From: Eledone cirrhosa
Taxonomy: Eukaryota
NCBI GenBank assembly: GCA_964016885.1
Contig: OZ024740.1
Span: forward strand, 361,522,001 to 361,586,000
Direction of reading: 5' to 3'
DNA: 64,000 nucleotides
Shown: piece by piece, positions 1 to 11,736 of the stretch
Numbering within the stretch: position 1 is the first letter of the stretch
Layout of the letters: the number at the start of each line of letters is the position of its first letter
Made by a program: the position numbers and the translations under genes
The notes under the pieces: generated by a model
Databases searched by the model: none
The model's input: the letters and a program-made list of their open reading frames with translations, nothing else
Told to the model about the DNA's origin: nothing

Positions 1-2059
1 ACCCTCTCAGGAATAGGTGGGCGAAGAAAATAATAATAAAAAATATATCTATGTGCATAAGTTTTATGTAGTTTTGTGTGCAGGTATGTGGGTGGGCGTA
101 TGTATATACCAAAAGAAACGTCTGAAATAGAAATGTCTGTGGCTACGTATAAAAACATTATTCCAACAACAATTCTTTCCACTCTATCAACTCAGACAAA
201 CATGACTACCCCACCACTAACTATATCATACCGATCAACACCAGTACACAACCCATCACCAAATTACAACATCTCGTCACAAATCTAACAAGATCGCTTT
301 CTCGCATGGAACTCCTCAGCTTCGGCGCAAAGATCTTAAGACAGCGATTCGTCGCCATAGGTAGACACTAGGTTGGGCTTAATGTTGATAAAAACGTCTC
401 GACGTTAAATGTAGAGTCAACGGCACTTCTTTACTCGTTTAACACCAACAGCCCCAAAAACGAACAAACTATTCAGTTTTGCGACACTCGCACTTAAGAT
501 CCCTGACTTCGAAGCTCAGAGGGCCCCACTCCAACTAGCCTCTCCCTTCTGCTGCTGCCCACCGGCGCCAACATCGTATATGCAGTCTCCATCCGACTAT
601 AAGAAACGCATGCTCGACCCTTCTTCCTGTAATCTGCGCTCCCACATAGAAAGAAACGTAGAAACGCATTCACAGACTCAAACATACAGAAGCATTTCTC
701 ACTTAGCGTTGTATAGAATGGTTGCTATGACAATGTAACTGCTTTTTTGTGTATTTCAACTTCAGCTATTGAAGATGAGATTCAGTTTTTTTAATGAACA
801 GATACATATTTTCACAAATAATTTCATATATATTTGATACACACACATACCACACACACATACAATGTCAATACAACCAGACACACTTAAACGCCTTTAA
901 GGATAGACCACTCCACCATGTTGAGGCAACATCTCGCGCAGAGCATCGAAAAAGACGCTTGCAGCATTCGGAGATGCCCTGTGGGAATACACAACCACAG
1001 AAATTGGCAACAGCAGCAATACAGGACCAATATGCCTAAGAGACCTTGTAGTGTATGAGTTGAATTTAGCGTGCGGAGCCAACTAGATTGGTTCCACAAA
1101 CGTCAACTTCATAACCTAATACTCGAACATTTTGAAAATGCGACGCCTCCGAACGCAATGTTTCAACACAAAGAAATATGTGGAAGAAGAATAACCATAA
1201 AAATCCTTGCGGAGCTAAGATATACGGTCGACCTAAGAAAAGTGGAGGTCCATTTTATTAGGAAACGGGTACCTAAACAGTCGGAGTGAAGTGGACATAT
1301 AGAAATACCTAGGTAACGGATTTGCCAAGCTGGGAATTAGATTAACATATTCTGAAAAGGGATTATATAATCTAAAAGTGCTCACTATCAAGTGAACAAT
1401 ATTAACCCAGTAACAAATCTTGTAGACTGTAGCCACGTGACCGTTCACGGTAACTATTCTAACAATAATACTAACACTATCTTACCTTGCCCTGAACCGC
1501 ACGCACTAAGGAAAAACTACACAATCCACCACCTTCTCTCCTCAACCTTCAGCGCCTTGGCCTCGCCACCACCCGTGACAATGCTGCGAGCGTATTTAGA
1601 TAACACTTAGTGGTGAATGCACCCCTCCCCTTCATTTCTTAATGTTTTCTTCATCTCTCTTTTATGCATTTATATTTGTATATATCATTTGTGTTTGTGT
1701 TTTCGTTCTGTCAGCATTATATTATTTCCAGATAATGTGTTTATATGTAAATAAAAGTAACTTACTAATTTTCTTCCCCCTCCTAACCCAATCCATCGTC
1801 CAATTCTTCCTCCACCCCAATCACCTCTTCAATTTTATCATCACCGCCAAGAAACAAAAACTTGATACACCCCGCTTCCTGTCTACCGTCAACACATACA
1901 CCCACCTCACCTTCTGCCCTAACCCTATTATCCCGTCACCTACGACTTTCTCATCGCCCCACCACTTCTCTCCCCAACACTGACTCCACACACGCCACAC
2001 CTAACCACTACAGTTCCTCCATCTCCACCAGTTTTTCTCTCTCACTTACCTCCCATACG

Positions 2060-2948
2060 GTTATCACCCTATCCCGTGATATACCACTATTCGAAGATGA
2101 GCGCTCCCTCCTCGCCAGGGGTTTGCACTTCATACCCGAACATCCACCTGTGACGAGTTCCGAACAACGTACCATCATCAGCCCAAACAGACTGTTTCAC
2201 AAGTTTCAGCCGCCCACAATCACAGTGGACGCCGAGTACCCTTGATACATTTGTGGAAACTTGCCGATGCACTTTGAACCGCTTCAATTTCCAAAAGCAC
2301 TCTTTGGCTGCGTTGAAGCCCAGATCTTTTCCCAGTACACTGGATTTACCCCTGAGATATACAGTCGTTACATCGACGATTGTATCGGGGCGACCTCTCT
2401 CTTGTGAACACGACCAATTCCTCCGTCTTCGTCGGCTCTGTAGCCAGGACCACGATTTCGAGACCCAGTCCTTTCACATGGCCTCCCGCTTCATCCAGCG
2501 CGGATATCCCCCCACCCTGATCCAAACTGCTTTCACCCGCGCCTGTGAAGCCAACCGTACCACAGTCCTCTCACCCCACTACCGCCCTCCCAACACCAGC
2601 CTTACTTTCCCTCTCACTACCACATCACCCTACCTCTCTGGCGACTATTCTCCTTTGGTATCACAGCCTCTCTTCTGATCCCGACGCTTCTCGCTTTTTC
2701 CCAAACACACCTATCAGCGCGTTTAAGCGCGTCCATAATCTTCGCGACCTCCTGGTGCGCAGTTCCTTCCCTTCCTCTCCTAGGTCTCCTCCCGTTCTCG
2801 TCCCCGATGTAACACCTATCTCTTCATTTCTAACCTCACCACTCTCACAGGCATCAATGGTTCATTCCGTATACGCCGCTCCACCTGCACATCTACCCAC
2901 AGTCTATGCCCTCCGGTGTTCCCTTTGCGAATCCTTATACATCGGACC
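2060..2948 (+). mobile_element. Penelope-like element (Neptune-type), internally deleted and frameshifted RT plus GIY-YIG remnant
   Basis: Translated pieces: LLARGLHFIP, VEAQIFSQYTGFTPEIYSRYIDDCIG (RT YIDD), QFLRLRRLCSQDHDFE..FIQRGYP, AFKRVHNLRDLLVRS, VYALRCSLCESLYIG. Same family as 37690-39630. Confidence 0.9.
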
Positions 2949-3300
2949 GTTGTCATCAACAACGCCTTCATTGACTTCCTTTGCCAAACCTACCGACAGT
3001 CTTCGGGCCTACCCATGGGACCCAGCCTATCGGGTATACTGCCCATATCTTACATGAACCAACTTGAACGCTAAGCACTCAAAATCTGCCATTCATGCGC
3101 CATTTTCACGAGATACGTGGACGATATTCTTATCCTCACGTCTTCCCGCGAGACAGCCACAGAGTAAAGTCGTTCAACAACACGGACGAACATATCAAAT
3201 TCAGTAAAGAGCATCCTTCTCATACCGGATCCCTTGCCCTTTTTGATATCCGATTTCGATCGCAAGGCGGCATGCAGGGACCTACAAATCTGCCTCCTCT
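2949..3300 (+). mobile_element. Second Penelope-like RT fragment from a different family
   Basis: VVINNAFIDFLCQTYRQSSGLPMGPSLSGILPISYMNQLE, FTRYVDDILIL and IKFSKEHPSHTGSLALFD are PLE RT motifs; an in-frame stop is present. Confidence 0.8.
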
Positions 3301-3499
3301 AACAGTACAAACAGAGGATACATCGAAAATAAAACAGATGCAATGACGCGGTGAGTAGAGTCACCAACAGTGCCGCAAGATGTTGGAAACCAACGGTTAT
3401 CCAATATATTTCACCAACAAAATGCAGAACCCCAAGCCCAAGCCCAGTAAACCTATCAAAACCACCATTTGACAGGGGGAACTTTTTGTCGTGTCACCA

Positions 3500-3640
3500 G
3501 CTGTACCTGCAGGAGGAAACTCAAAACCCGTACATGGGCGAAGAACTTAGGTGAGTCAATGGCCATCCAATACGGGTAGATAGAGCACGTTAGCCCTGGT
3601 TGGCAGTATATCTATGATAAGGATAAAACTATAGGCAGAT
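3500..3640 (+). mobile_element. Diverged copy of the RTE 5'UTR-like repeat seen at 7790-8400
   Basis: cctgcagga...aaaacc...gagtcaatggccatccaa aligns with 7917-7982. Confidence 0.45.
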
Positions 3641-3882
3641 GGGACTCTTTCGTCACTTAGGTGATGATCCTTCAAGTGACCAATACTTCATCCTTCTACT
3701 AAAGTCGGATGAATTGCGGCTCGGAAATCGGTTTCCAAGCAACGGTTGAACGAGGATTTAAAACCCACAGAGTCACTTTTTTGCCCCGATGAGAATCATT
3801 GACATACAGATTGCCCATTGTCCCCGATCCTCAGTAACGAAGATGGGAAGAGACCAAACCAACATCATATTGTACAACTCAA

Positions 3883-4040
3883 GGCGGTGAATTGGTAAAA
3901 GTCATTAGAACTTCGGATAGGATGATTTGCGGTATTCGTTCAGACTGGCAGCGTTCTGAGTTCAAATCCCAACGAGTTTCACTTTGCCTTTCAACCTGTC
4001 GTGGTTGATAAAATAAGTACTAGTCGCATATTTTGGTCAA
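3883..4040 (+). mobile_element. tRNA-derived SINE family A (degenerate)
   Basis: B-box gagttcaaatcc followed by the core ctttgcctttca..gataaaataagtac. Confidence 0.75.
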
Positions 4041-4639
4041 TTCTTCTCTCTCACATTCACTCTTTCTCTGGGCTCCACCAGATTTATAATGTCCGAGACA
4101 TGCCGTATGTAAAGACGACACTCATATGAATTCAACATAAGCTAATGTCCAATGGTATGGCATTGAACAACATTACTAACATCCACAAATATATCACAGC
4201 TATTAACGTACATGTATGTACAAAGAATAGCAGCATACAATACAGAGTTACAACAGTTTACCACTGAAATATCACAGAACTATTTACACACGTTAGCCAC
4301 ACCCCGAGAACTGCTTATGGTGGCAGAATAAACTTAGTGAGGGACTGGACGGTTGTAGAGGAGATGAGCACAGTAAAATGACCAGTTACGGGAACTTGAC
4401 TGATTGATGTTATCAGGAATAGCAGCATACAATTTATATAAGACTACCAACATATACTATATACCGTGTATCACTGAATTACTAACATACATAATCTTAT
4501 TAAAGAATTACAACAATACAAATGTGCTTTTTCGTTTCTAAGGATCCTTGAAATGGAAACTGGATTCGGTGAGCAACGTAAAAGGAAGAGGAAATATCAC
4601 AAGAGAAATGTATATATTTTTATAGATTATGTTTAGCGT

Positions 4640-4880
4640 TCTACATTCACAATGAAAATAAATAGTTTACAGTTGTATACATACACACCAGTAAAAATAT
4701 AGTCTAGTGTTGTACATACATATGTCAGTGAAAATAAGAGTTTACTGATGTACATATATCAGTGAAAGTATTTCGTTATATATATACATCATAGTTTATT
4801 GTTGTAAATGCATACAGCACTACAAAAAATAAAAATAAAATATATATATATTTTAGTGTTGTACATACATCAGTAAACTA
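4640..4880. repeat. Degenerate tandem repeat of about 35-40 bp
   Basis: Recurring atagtttac/ttgtacatacat/cagtaaaa units. Confidence 0.45.
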
Positions 4881-5399
4881 ATGTATAAAGAAAAAATGTA
4901 TAAAGAAAAAATGTATAAAGAAAAAAAAAAGGTAGGCACTTCAGAGGGATTTTTTGTGTGGAAATCATTGGGCACAAAAAAGAAGAAAAAAAGGTTCTTT
5001 TCAAATTTTCAAATTTGTACAACTTCAATACTTCGTTTTTTTTTTAAATTTTAACTGATATGTATGTACAACTGTAAATAGCTTCAGTTTCAGGAAGGGT
5101 GGAGGAGAGAAAGAGCGCCCAACACACACACATATATATATATATATATACATATATATATAACATAACACCAAACTTTCAAAGGGATTCATATAATAAA
5201 AACTTATCTTGCTCGGTGGATATTGAAAAAAAAAAAAATTCCTCAGATCAAAAAAAATTCAACCATCAAGTCTTGTGTCATACCGGTTCTGAAGATGTTA
5301 TGTATGAACGAACGCTGTTGCTAAGCCCGCTCGAGAGAATTCTTTCCGCGCGTCTCATCCGTTAATACCGTCGCCGTTGTTCAGATATTTCAAAAATAT

Positions 5400-5560
5400 A
5401 TCTTCTGGTTCTTTACATTCTGAGTTCAAGTCCTGCCAAGGTCAAGTTTACCTTTCATCCATTCAAAGTCGATAAAATAATGCACCAGTTAAGTACTGGG
5501 GTTGATTAAATCAACTTTGCTCTTCCCCCAAATTTGCAAGCCTTGTAGACAAATTAAAAA
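5400..5560 (+). mobile_element. SINE family A (5'-truncated)
   Basis: gagttcaagtcctgccaaggtcaagtttacctttcatcc..gtcgataaaataa. Confidence 0.75.
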
Positions 5561-5639
5561 TCAATATAATACACTTTATTATACAAATAGCATTTGTATA
5601 ACTCATTGAACAATAATGATAAAGGTGGGGAGGCAATTA

Positions 5640-5880
5640 ACCACCAAGTGCGATAATTGGCCTTACCCCACATCTTAGGGGTTAACTAAACACTTTGAGG
5701 CAAGCCAACACGCTCGCAGCATTACCACGGCTGATGGCGAGGCCAAGGCGCTGAAATAACCAGGCACCCTTACGAGCATCACCTGATACCTCAGTAAGGT
5801 GAGCCGCCAATGATGACAAGAACTTCACTGTCAGCGGCCCAACTCCACCAAACGTCTCGAACGCCACAGACTGGAAAAAA
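5640..5880 (-). mobile_element. CRE-clade non-LTR retrotransposon 3' end (restriction-like endonuclease C-terminus)
   Basis: VAFETFGGVGP..FLSSLAAHL..SGDARKGAWLFQRLGLAISRGNAASVLAC matches the CRE C-terminal signature. Confidence 0.8.
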
Positions 5881-6178
5881 ATATAATACACAGGGTCGAC
5901 GTAGCATAGCTGAATGTTTAAGAAGTTCTCTTCGCAATCATTAGGTACCAAGTTCGATTCCACTGCATAGTATCTTGTGCAAATGTCATTTACCTTAGCC
6001 TCGGCTCGACCCACGAATATATCAGCAATGGAAATTAGTTACTATGGTAAGATTTGATGGGTTTCTTTTCTAGGTAAAACGACACTTGACTAAGATACCA
6101 TGGAGTGGGATCGAACGCAAGACCTAATCATTGCCAAGCGAAGTTCTTAACCATTCAGCCATACTGAATCCACATGTC

Positions 6179-6400
<222 letters not shown>

Positions 6401-6959
6401 TATATGCAAATAAGCAAATACTTAAATTTGAGCGTAGATACATCTAGAACAAACGCTAAGTATTCACCGAATGTTCCAACTCGTAAATATTACACTTAGA
6501 AAAACGAAATCAACTATAAATAAAACACCCAGGGAATAAGTAAATCCCAAATTAGTAAATCCCAAACTCATAAGCAATACACTCATATATCTATATATAC
6601 ATGCATTCCCACACGAACTAACAAGCACACACACACACACACGTGCACAATGACATTCATATAGTGCAGGTTACTTGGAAGTAAAAACGAACAAAGCATA
6701 CATGTACGTCTACACCTAGAGTAGGGAAATTGCTGTCTTGAATGACTATAGCCTTTTGAATGATAAAGTGCGACCTTATGAAAGACTACGTGTGGTCTCC
6801 AGAAAGACTAAGCGTGCGTTCTAACACAAATAACCATAATAATAAGGGTTCTTTACCCGATTTTCTCAGCTTTTATTATGATCATTAGCATTGGGAGGCA
6901 CACATTTAAAATTTTAAATTTCCCAACTGCTTCCTAAGCCAACCGCTTTGTATGTATAT

Positions 6960-7005
6960 GTTTGTCTCGTTTTCTTAATTTCGAGTTTATTTTTGACTGG
7001 CCACA
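6960..7005 (-). mobile_element. Extreme 3' end of the R4/Dong LINE family, between TATG repeats
   Basis: tcttaatttcgagt.tatttttgac.ggccac matches 35781-35816. Confidence 0.6.
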
Positions 7006-7204
7006 TATGTATGTACGTACATTGCTAAAATGTGTACCTTTGCACCAGGTCTTTGATGACGCAATTCTAGAGTCACTTGAAATGTTACCAGGTACCCATT
7101 GATTGCTTGAGCAGTTCGCTATCCCCTCTTAAGATGTTGGCCAGCTTTGGGTACTTGGGTTGACTTCACTAGCTGTTTCTTCTGAGAATAAAACAGTCAA
7201 TGCC

Positions 7205-7212
7205 ATATATAT

Positions 7213-7267
<55 letters not shown>

Positions 7268-7337
7268 GTATGTATGTATGTATGTATGTATGTATGTATG
7301 TATGTATGTATGTATGTATGTATGTATGTATGTATGT
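7205..7337. repeat. (TA)n plus (TATG)n microsatellite
   Basis: Direct reading. Confidence 0.95.
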
Positions 7338-8396
7338 GAGTCAATAGCCATCCCAAATCACCGGGAGAGATGACCCCTTAGCCTTTGTCAAGGCAGAATT
7401 CTAGGAGAAGGAAAACTCTGATATAACACCTGCAACCCTGATGGTATCCAATGATGTTGACTTGTTCTTCTTTTTGGTAAATATCATCTTGGTTAAGAGA
7501 GTGGGACTGGCTTTGTGCAGTGCCTTTGCTCACTATAAAAGCTTCACAGCACAGGCATTGCTTTATATCTGGAGATCTCTCTGCACTTGTCGTCACATGG
7601 TACCATGGGCCCAGCACTATGTGTCAATAATTGTCACAAGTGTAGTGTTTGTACCAGAGTTTTCAAGTCGCTGGCTGGACTAAAAAGTCACACTCGTTCA
7701 GCGCATCGGTAGGGGTTCTCCTACATGGATATAAAGTAGTGGCCGTACTCGAAAACGAGTTGGCAGCCACCATGTATGTATGTATATTATGTCAGGTCAC
7801 CAGTTGGTGCTACTGGTAACATGTATCCCAGTACAACCTGTCTCATGGTCGGGTCGTTAGCGACTAAACTGACAACCCCACCAAGGTTTCTTGGTGAGGA
7901 GGGTGACTTTGGACATCCTGCAGGACTAAAAACAAAACCTATCATAGGGTAAAGGAGCTCTTAAGAGTCAATGGCCATCCAAAATCACCGGGAGAGATGA
8001 CCCCTTAGCCTTTGTCAAGGCAGAATTCTAGGAGAAGGAAAACTCTGATATAACACCTGCAACCCTGATGGTATCCAATGATGTTGACTTGTTCTTCTTT
8101 TTGGTAAATATCATCTTGGTTAAGAGAGTGGGACTGGCTTTGTGCAGTGCCTTTGCTCACTATAAAAGCTTCACGGCACAGGCATTGCTTTATATCTGGA
8201 GATCTCTCTGCACTTGTCGTCACATGGTACCATGGGCCCAGCACTATGTGTCAATAATTGTCACAAGTGTAGTGTTTGTACCAGAGTTTTCAAGTCGCTG
8301 GCTGGACTAAAAAGTCACACTTGTTCAGCGCATCGGTAGGGGTTCTCTTACATGGATATAAAGTAGTGGCCGTACTCGAAAATGAGTTGGCAGCCA

Positions 8397-8400
<4 letters not shown>
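7338..8400 (+). mobile_element. RTE 5'UTR-like interspersed repeat with a near-identical direct duplication (7338-7773 = 7965-8400)
   Basis: Constant 627-bp offset with few mismatches. The motif ctaggagaaggaaaactctga resembles RTE-clade 5'UTRs as recalled; related pieces lie at about 3500 and 35330. Confidence 0.6.
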
Positions 8401-8445
<45 letters not shown>

Positions 8446-8447
<2 letters not shown>

Positions 8448-8705
8448 AAAGGTGAACAGAAATAACAACATAATCGGTACAGTATATGAAAGGAATATAT
8501 TAGGTTAACGCGTGATATCGTGATATAGCAGAAAGAGGCTCTTAACGTTTCTTTCATCAGAAGAAAGAATGAGAAATAAAATAGATTGAGGAGACGGGCG
8601 GGTTGGAATTGGAAAAAAATGTCTTTAGATAAAAATAACAGGTCCATTAATGTTGACATCTCTTGCAATATATATATATATATTGCAAGAGATGTCAACA
8701 TGAAT
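8446..8705 (-). mobile_element. Solo pLTR-like segment of the PLE at 37690-40100, with a short inverted copy across a (TA)n run
   Basis: Reverse complement of 39915-40100; atgttgacatctcttgcaa-(TA)n-ttgcaagagatgtcaacat. Confidence 0.8.
8540..8564 (-). ncRNA. Minimal type I hammerhead motif lacking stem II (degenerate)
   Basis: Minus strand reads tctt CTGATGA aa GAAA cgtt aaga; stem III is the palindrome AACGTT. Confidence 0.5.
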
Positions 8706-8752
8706 ATATATATAGTTATTGTAAATGACCCCAATGAGTGTAAACTCTAAGT

Positions 8753-8830
<78 letters not shown>

Positions 8831-8924
8831 TTTGAGTATATGTTGGTTGTTTACCGACACCTCAGTATGCAAATTGGAGCACTCGACGAAGTACGCAGGT
8901 TGGTTTGGTTACTCCGGAGTATTG

Positions 8925-9231
8925 TAAAATAAAGTAATTAAGTCAAATATTTAAGATTTGGCTTCGTTTATTAAAGATGTACTGCTATATATATTTCGGT
9001 GACCGCCATCATTGGCTGTGACCTCTTCAAGTGTTTTACTCCATTAATACTCCGATATGTCCAGCTCCTGGTTGTGTTGTTATTTCTCTGAGGAACTGGA
9101 ATCCCAGTTCCTCAGAGAAATAACAACCCAACCAGGAGCTGGACATATCGGAGTATTCGGTCACCGAAATATATATAGCAGTACATCTTTAATAAACGAA
9201 GCCAAATCTTAAATATTTGACTTAATTACTT

Positions 9232-9238
<7 letters not shown>
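8925..9238. repeat. Fold-back palindrome (about 310 bp) of an HHR-bearing mini-element
   Basis: Arms are reverse-complementary around about 9101; the right arm lacks the equivalent of 9005-9046. Same family as 26145-26360. Confidence 0.9.
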
Positions 9239-9284
<46 letters not shown>

Positions 9285-9289
<5 letters not shown>

Positions 9290-9560
9290 ATACTTTGGGA
9301 GGGTCATGTTGCCAATAACAAACACACGCACCAGTTGCTTTCACTTCAATTTATTATAATAAATTTATAAATTTCCGGTTGGTTGGTTGGTTGGCTCCAC
9401 AACCAGATGGTTGTTTATATATTGTCAAAGTTCTTTCGTCACACATTCTGTGACCTCTTCAGTGACTGGGTATTCTTTTCTTTGTATTTTGTTCCTCTCC
9501 TTTGTTCTGTCCTATGCCATCTTGTTTTTGTGTGTGTGTTGTGTGCAACAGTTAAAATGT
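9285..9560 (-). mobile_element. Solo pLTR-like segment of the PLE at 22758-24376
   Basis: Reverse complement of about 24110-24376. Confidence 0.85.
9424..9466 (-). ncRNA. Minimal type I hammerhead ribozyme motif
   Basis: Minus strand reads gtca CTGAAGA g gtcaca gaatg tgtgac GAAA gaac TT tgac; stems I and II pair. Confidence 0.7.
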
Positions 9561-9768
9561 CATACTGATCTTTAATACTTCGTAGTTGTCCCTAATTAAA
9601 CCATCGAATTTCCACGCGGTCAGCTAATGATGTTTTATTGAAAGCTTAATAAACTACAAGGAATTGTTTCTTGGTAGTGTAAGTGTACAGTGAAAATAGG
9701 TTGTATGAGAGGTGGTTCATTCTAATTACCTTTTCTAGTAATCGTTTATCCTTGAATAGGATTATAAG

Positions 9769-9817
<49 letters not shown>

Positions 9818-10307
9818 ACACACACACACACATATTTAGGCTTTGTATATTTATTGTAGTCATTGCAAACTAACGCACTATAGACAGATAGATAAATAGA
9901 TAGAGATAGAGAAATAGATAGATAGATGAATGGCTAGTTAATAGATTGTTAAGTAGATAGATAGACAAATATATAGATAAATAGAAAATAGAGTGGACCT
10001 GTGCCCTCTCTCCACCCGCGCGATTTATATACCCTATTCATAAACCGTGATACTAAACGCCCTTAAACAGCGGGTGTTAAACTATGAATGAATGCAAATT
10101 TTTAAGTAAAATACTCCCCAGTTTCAATTGTGACAACAATGCTACCATTAACATGTTTTACCGGTGAGTCAAACTATCAAATAGTTAAAACTTATTTAAG
10201 ATTGAAGTACGCCCTTCTTTTATCGAGGAAATGTCGTTAAATTTATTTTTAATCTCCCTTTTCGTCTCATCTCTTCTTCTCTTTCTTTTCCTCGACATAC
10301 ATACTGG

Positions 10308-10522
10308 ACCTTCGTCGTTTTCGATGACGAGTTGTCTATTTGATTCAATTAACGGAACTGTCTGGCCAAGAAATTAACGTATAAGTGGCTGAGCATTCCA
10401 CAGGCAAGTGCATAATTGACCTAGTTCTCAGGAAGATTCAGGGTGACACAATGCGTGACAGGGTTGAACCATTAAATTACAGGTACAATTCAATTTTGCC
10501 AGCTGAGTGAACTAAAGAAACG
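10308..10522 (-). mobile_element. tRNA-derived SINE family B (3' part)
   Basis: aaattaacgtataagtggctgagcattccaca..acaggtacaa..ccagctgagtg is the reverse complement of the body at 24878-25163. Confidence 0.75.
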
Positions 10523-10724
10523 AATTAGTTTTGATACATACATACATGGATGCACAAAAGAAATAGAGGTGCAGACAAAACACCTAGATGTGACCTTATC
10601 ATAAGCAGCCGTCTAAAGATGTCATCACGGTACTATCTACATATACAATGCAATCCGCAGAAAGGATAGCCCCGACAATAAATATAAAAGGTTACAGCAA
10701 TGTGGAAAACATATTCATACATAA

Positions 10725-11336
10725 CTAGTCGGACCCGTGAAAAAATTCACGGATAATTTTTGAAATTGAAATATTGTCCAATGAATATTTATTAGTTATT
10801 TGTCGCTGTTGAACTCTGTTTCTCATATTCTCTAGATAAAATTCTCTCTCCTCTGGATTCATGTCATTTCTTCTCTCGTGATCTCTGTTTCTCATATTCT
10901 GAAGATAAGTTTCTCTCTCTTCTGGATTCATGTCATTTATTTGCTCTTGAACTCTGTTTCTATTATTCTGTAGATAAGCCTCATTCTGATTCATGTTATT
11001 TCTTGTATCATGATCTACGTTTCTTCTATTCTGTAGATAATCTTCTCTCTCCTCTGAATTCATGTTATTTCTTCTGCCATGATCTGCGCTTCTTCTATTC
11101 TGTAGATGAACTTCTCTCTCCTCTGGATTCATGTTATTTCTTCTATCATGATCGCCGCTTCTTCTATTCTGTAGATAAGTTTCTCTCTCCTCTTGGCTCA
11201 TATCATTCCCCCTTTCTTGCATTTGTTCTCGATTACGGTCACGGATTGCTTGCCTCTCTTCTGCTCGTAACCGTTGTCGTCGTCTTCCTTGTCGCTCTCT
11301 CGCTGCTTCTCTTTGTTGACTTATTCTATCTTCCAT
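10725..11336 (-). CDS. Helitron RepHel N-terminal fragment made of 23-aa STPR-like repeats (203 aa)
   Basis: ATG-initiated open frame with repeats such as NMNPEEREVHLQNRRSADHGRRN (23 aa). No Rep or helicase motifs remain. Confidence 0.55.
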   Translation of the reverse strand: MEDRISQQREAARERQGRRRQRLRAEERQAIRDRNREQMQERGNDMSQEERETYLQNRRSGDHDRRNNMNPEEREVHLQNRRSADHGRRNNMNSEEREDYLQNRRNVDHDTRNNMNQNEAYLQNNRNRVQEQINDMNPEERETYLQNMRNRDHERRNDMNPEEREFYLENMRNRVQQRQITNKYSLDNISISKIIREFFHGSD

Positions 11337-11736
11337 TTTTAAGAATGGTTGTTTCAGTAATTATGAAGAACACCTAGCTGGTATAAGAAAGTGGTTAGAG
11401 ATGATGTTTGTTATAAATAAAAACTTGTAACAAAAAAACAAACAAACAAACATTAACTGAGGGCGAAGCATTACCTATTTGGCGGAGGTAAAAATAGTGT
11501 ATTATCAATTTTCAATTTACCTCACGACTAATATAAAATATATAATTTCTTCTGTTGGGAGTTGAAGTCGTTCTAAGACAATGAAATAAAATATTCGGTG
11601 CAAGGCATTACATCAAATTATTGTATGTATGATACGGACTTTTTTCAACAACATATAAATTACTATGTAATTACTGAAAGCGTGACACACACGGTCGGAC
11701 GTACGGTACGTAGGTACAAGCGTATTAATATATAGA
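10725..11736 (-). mobile_element. Non-autonomous Helitron (1,012 bp) with both termini
   Basis: Minus strand starts A|TCTATATATTAA and ends with the hairpin CCGTGAA..TTCACGG followed by CTAG|T. Inserted at A^T with no TSD; removing it restores the host LINE frame (cat aa|t atg aaa gag tac). Confidence 0.9.

Noticed and set aside
280-1420. Possible decayed LINE ORF1 segments
   Set aside because: Composition looks coding-like but no motif could be assigned with confidence.
5280-5340. CTGAAGA as an HHR core
   Set aside because: No properly placed GAAA and no stem I or III pairing.
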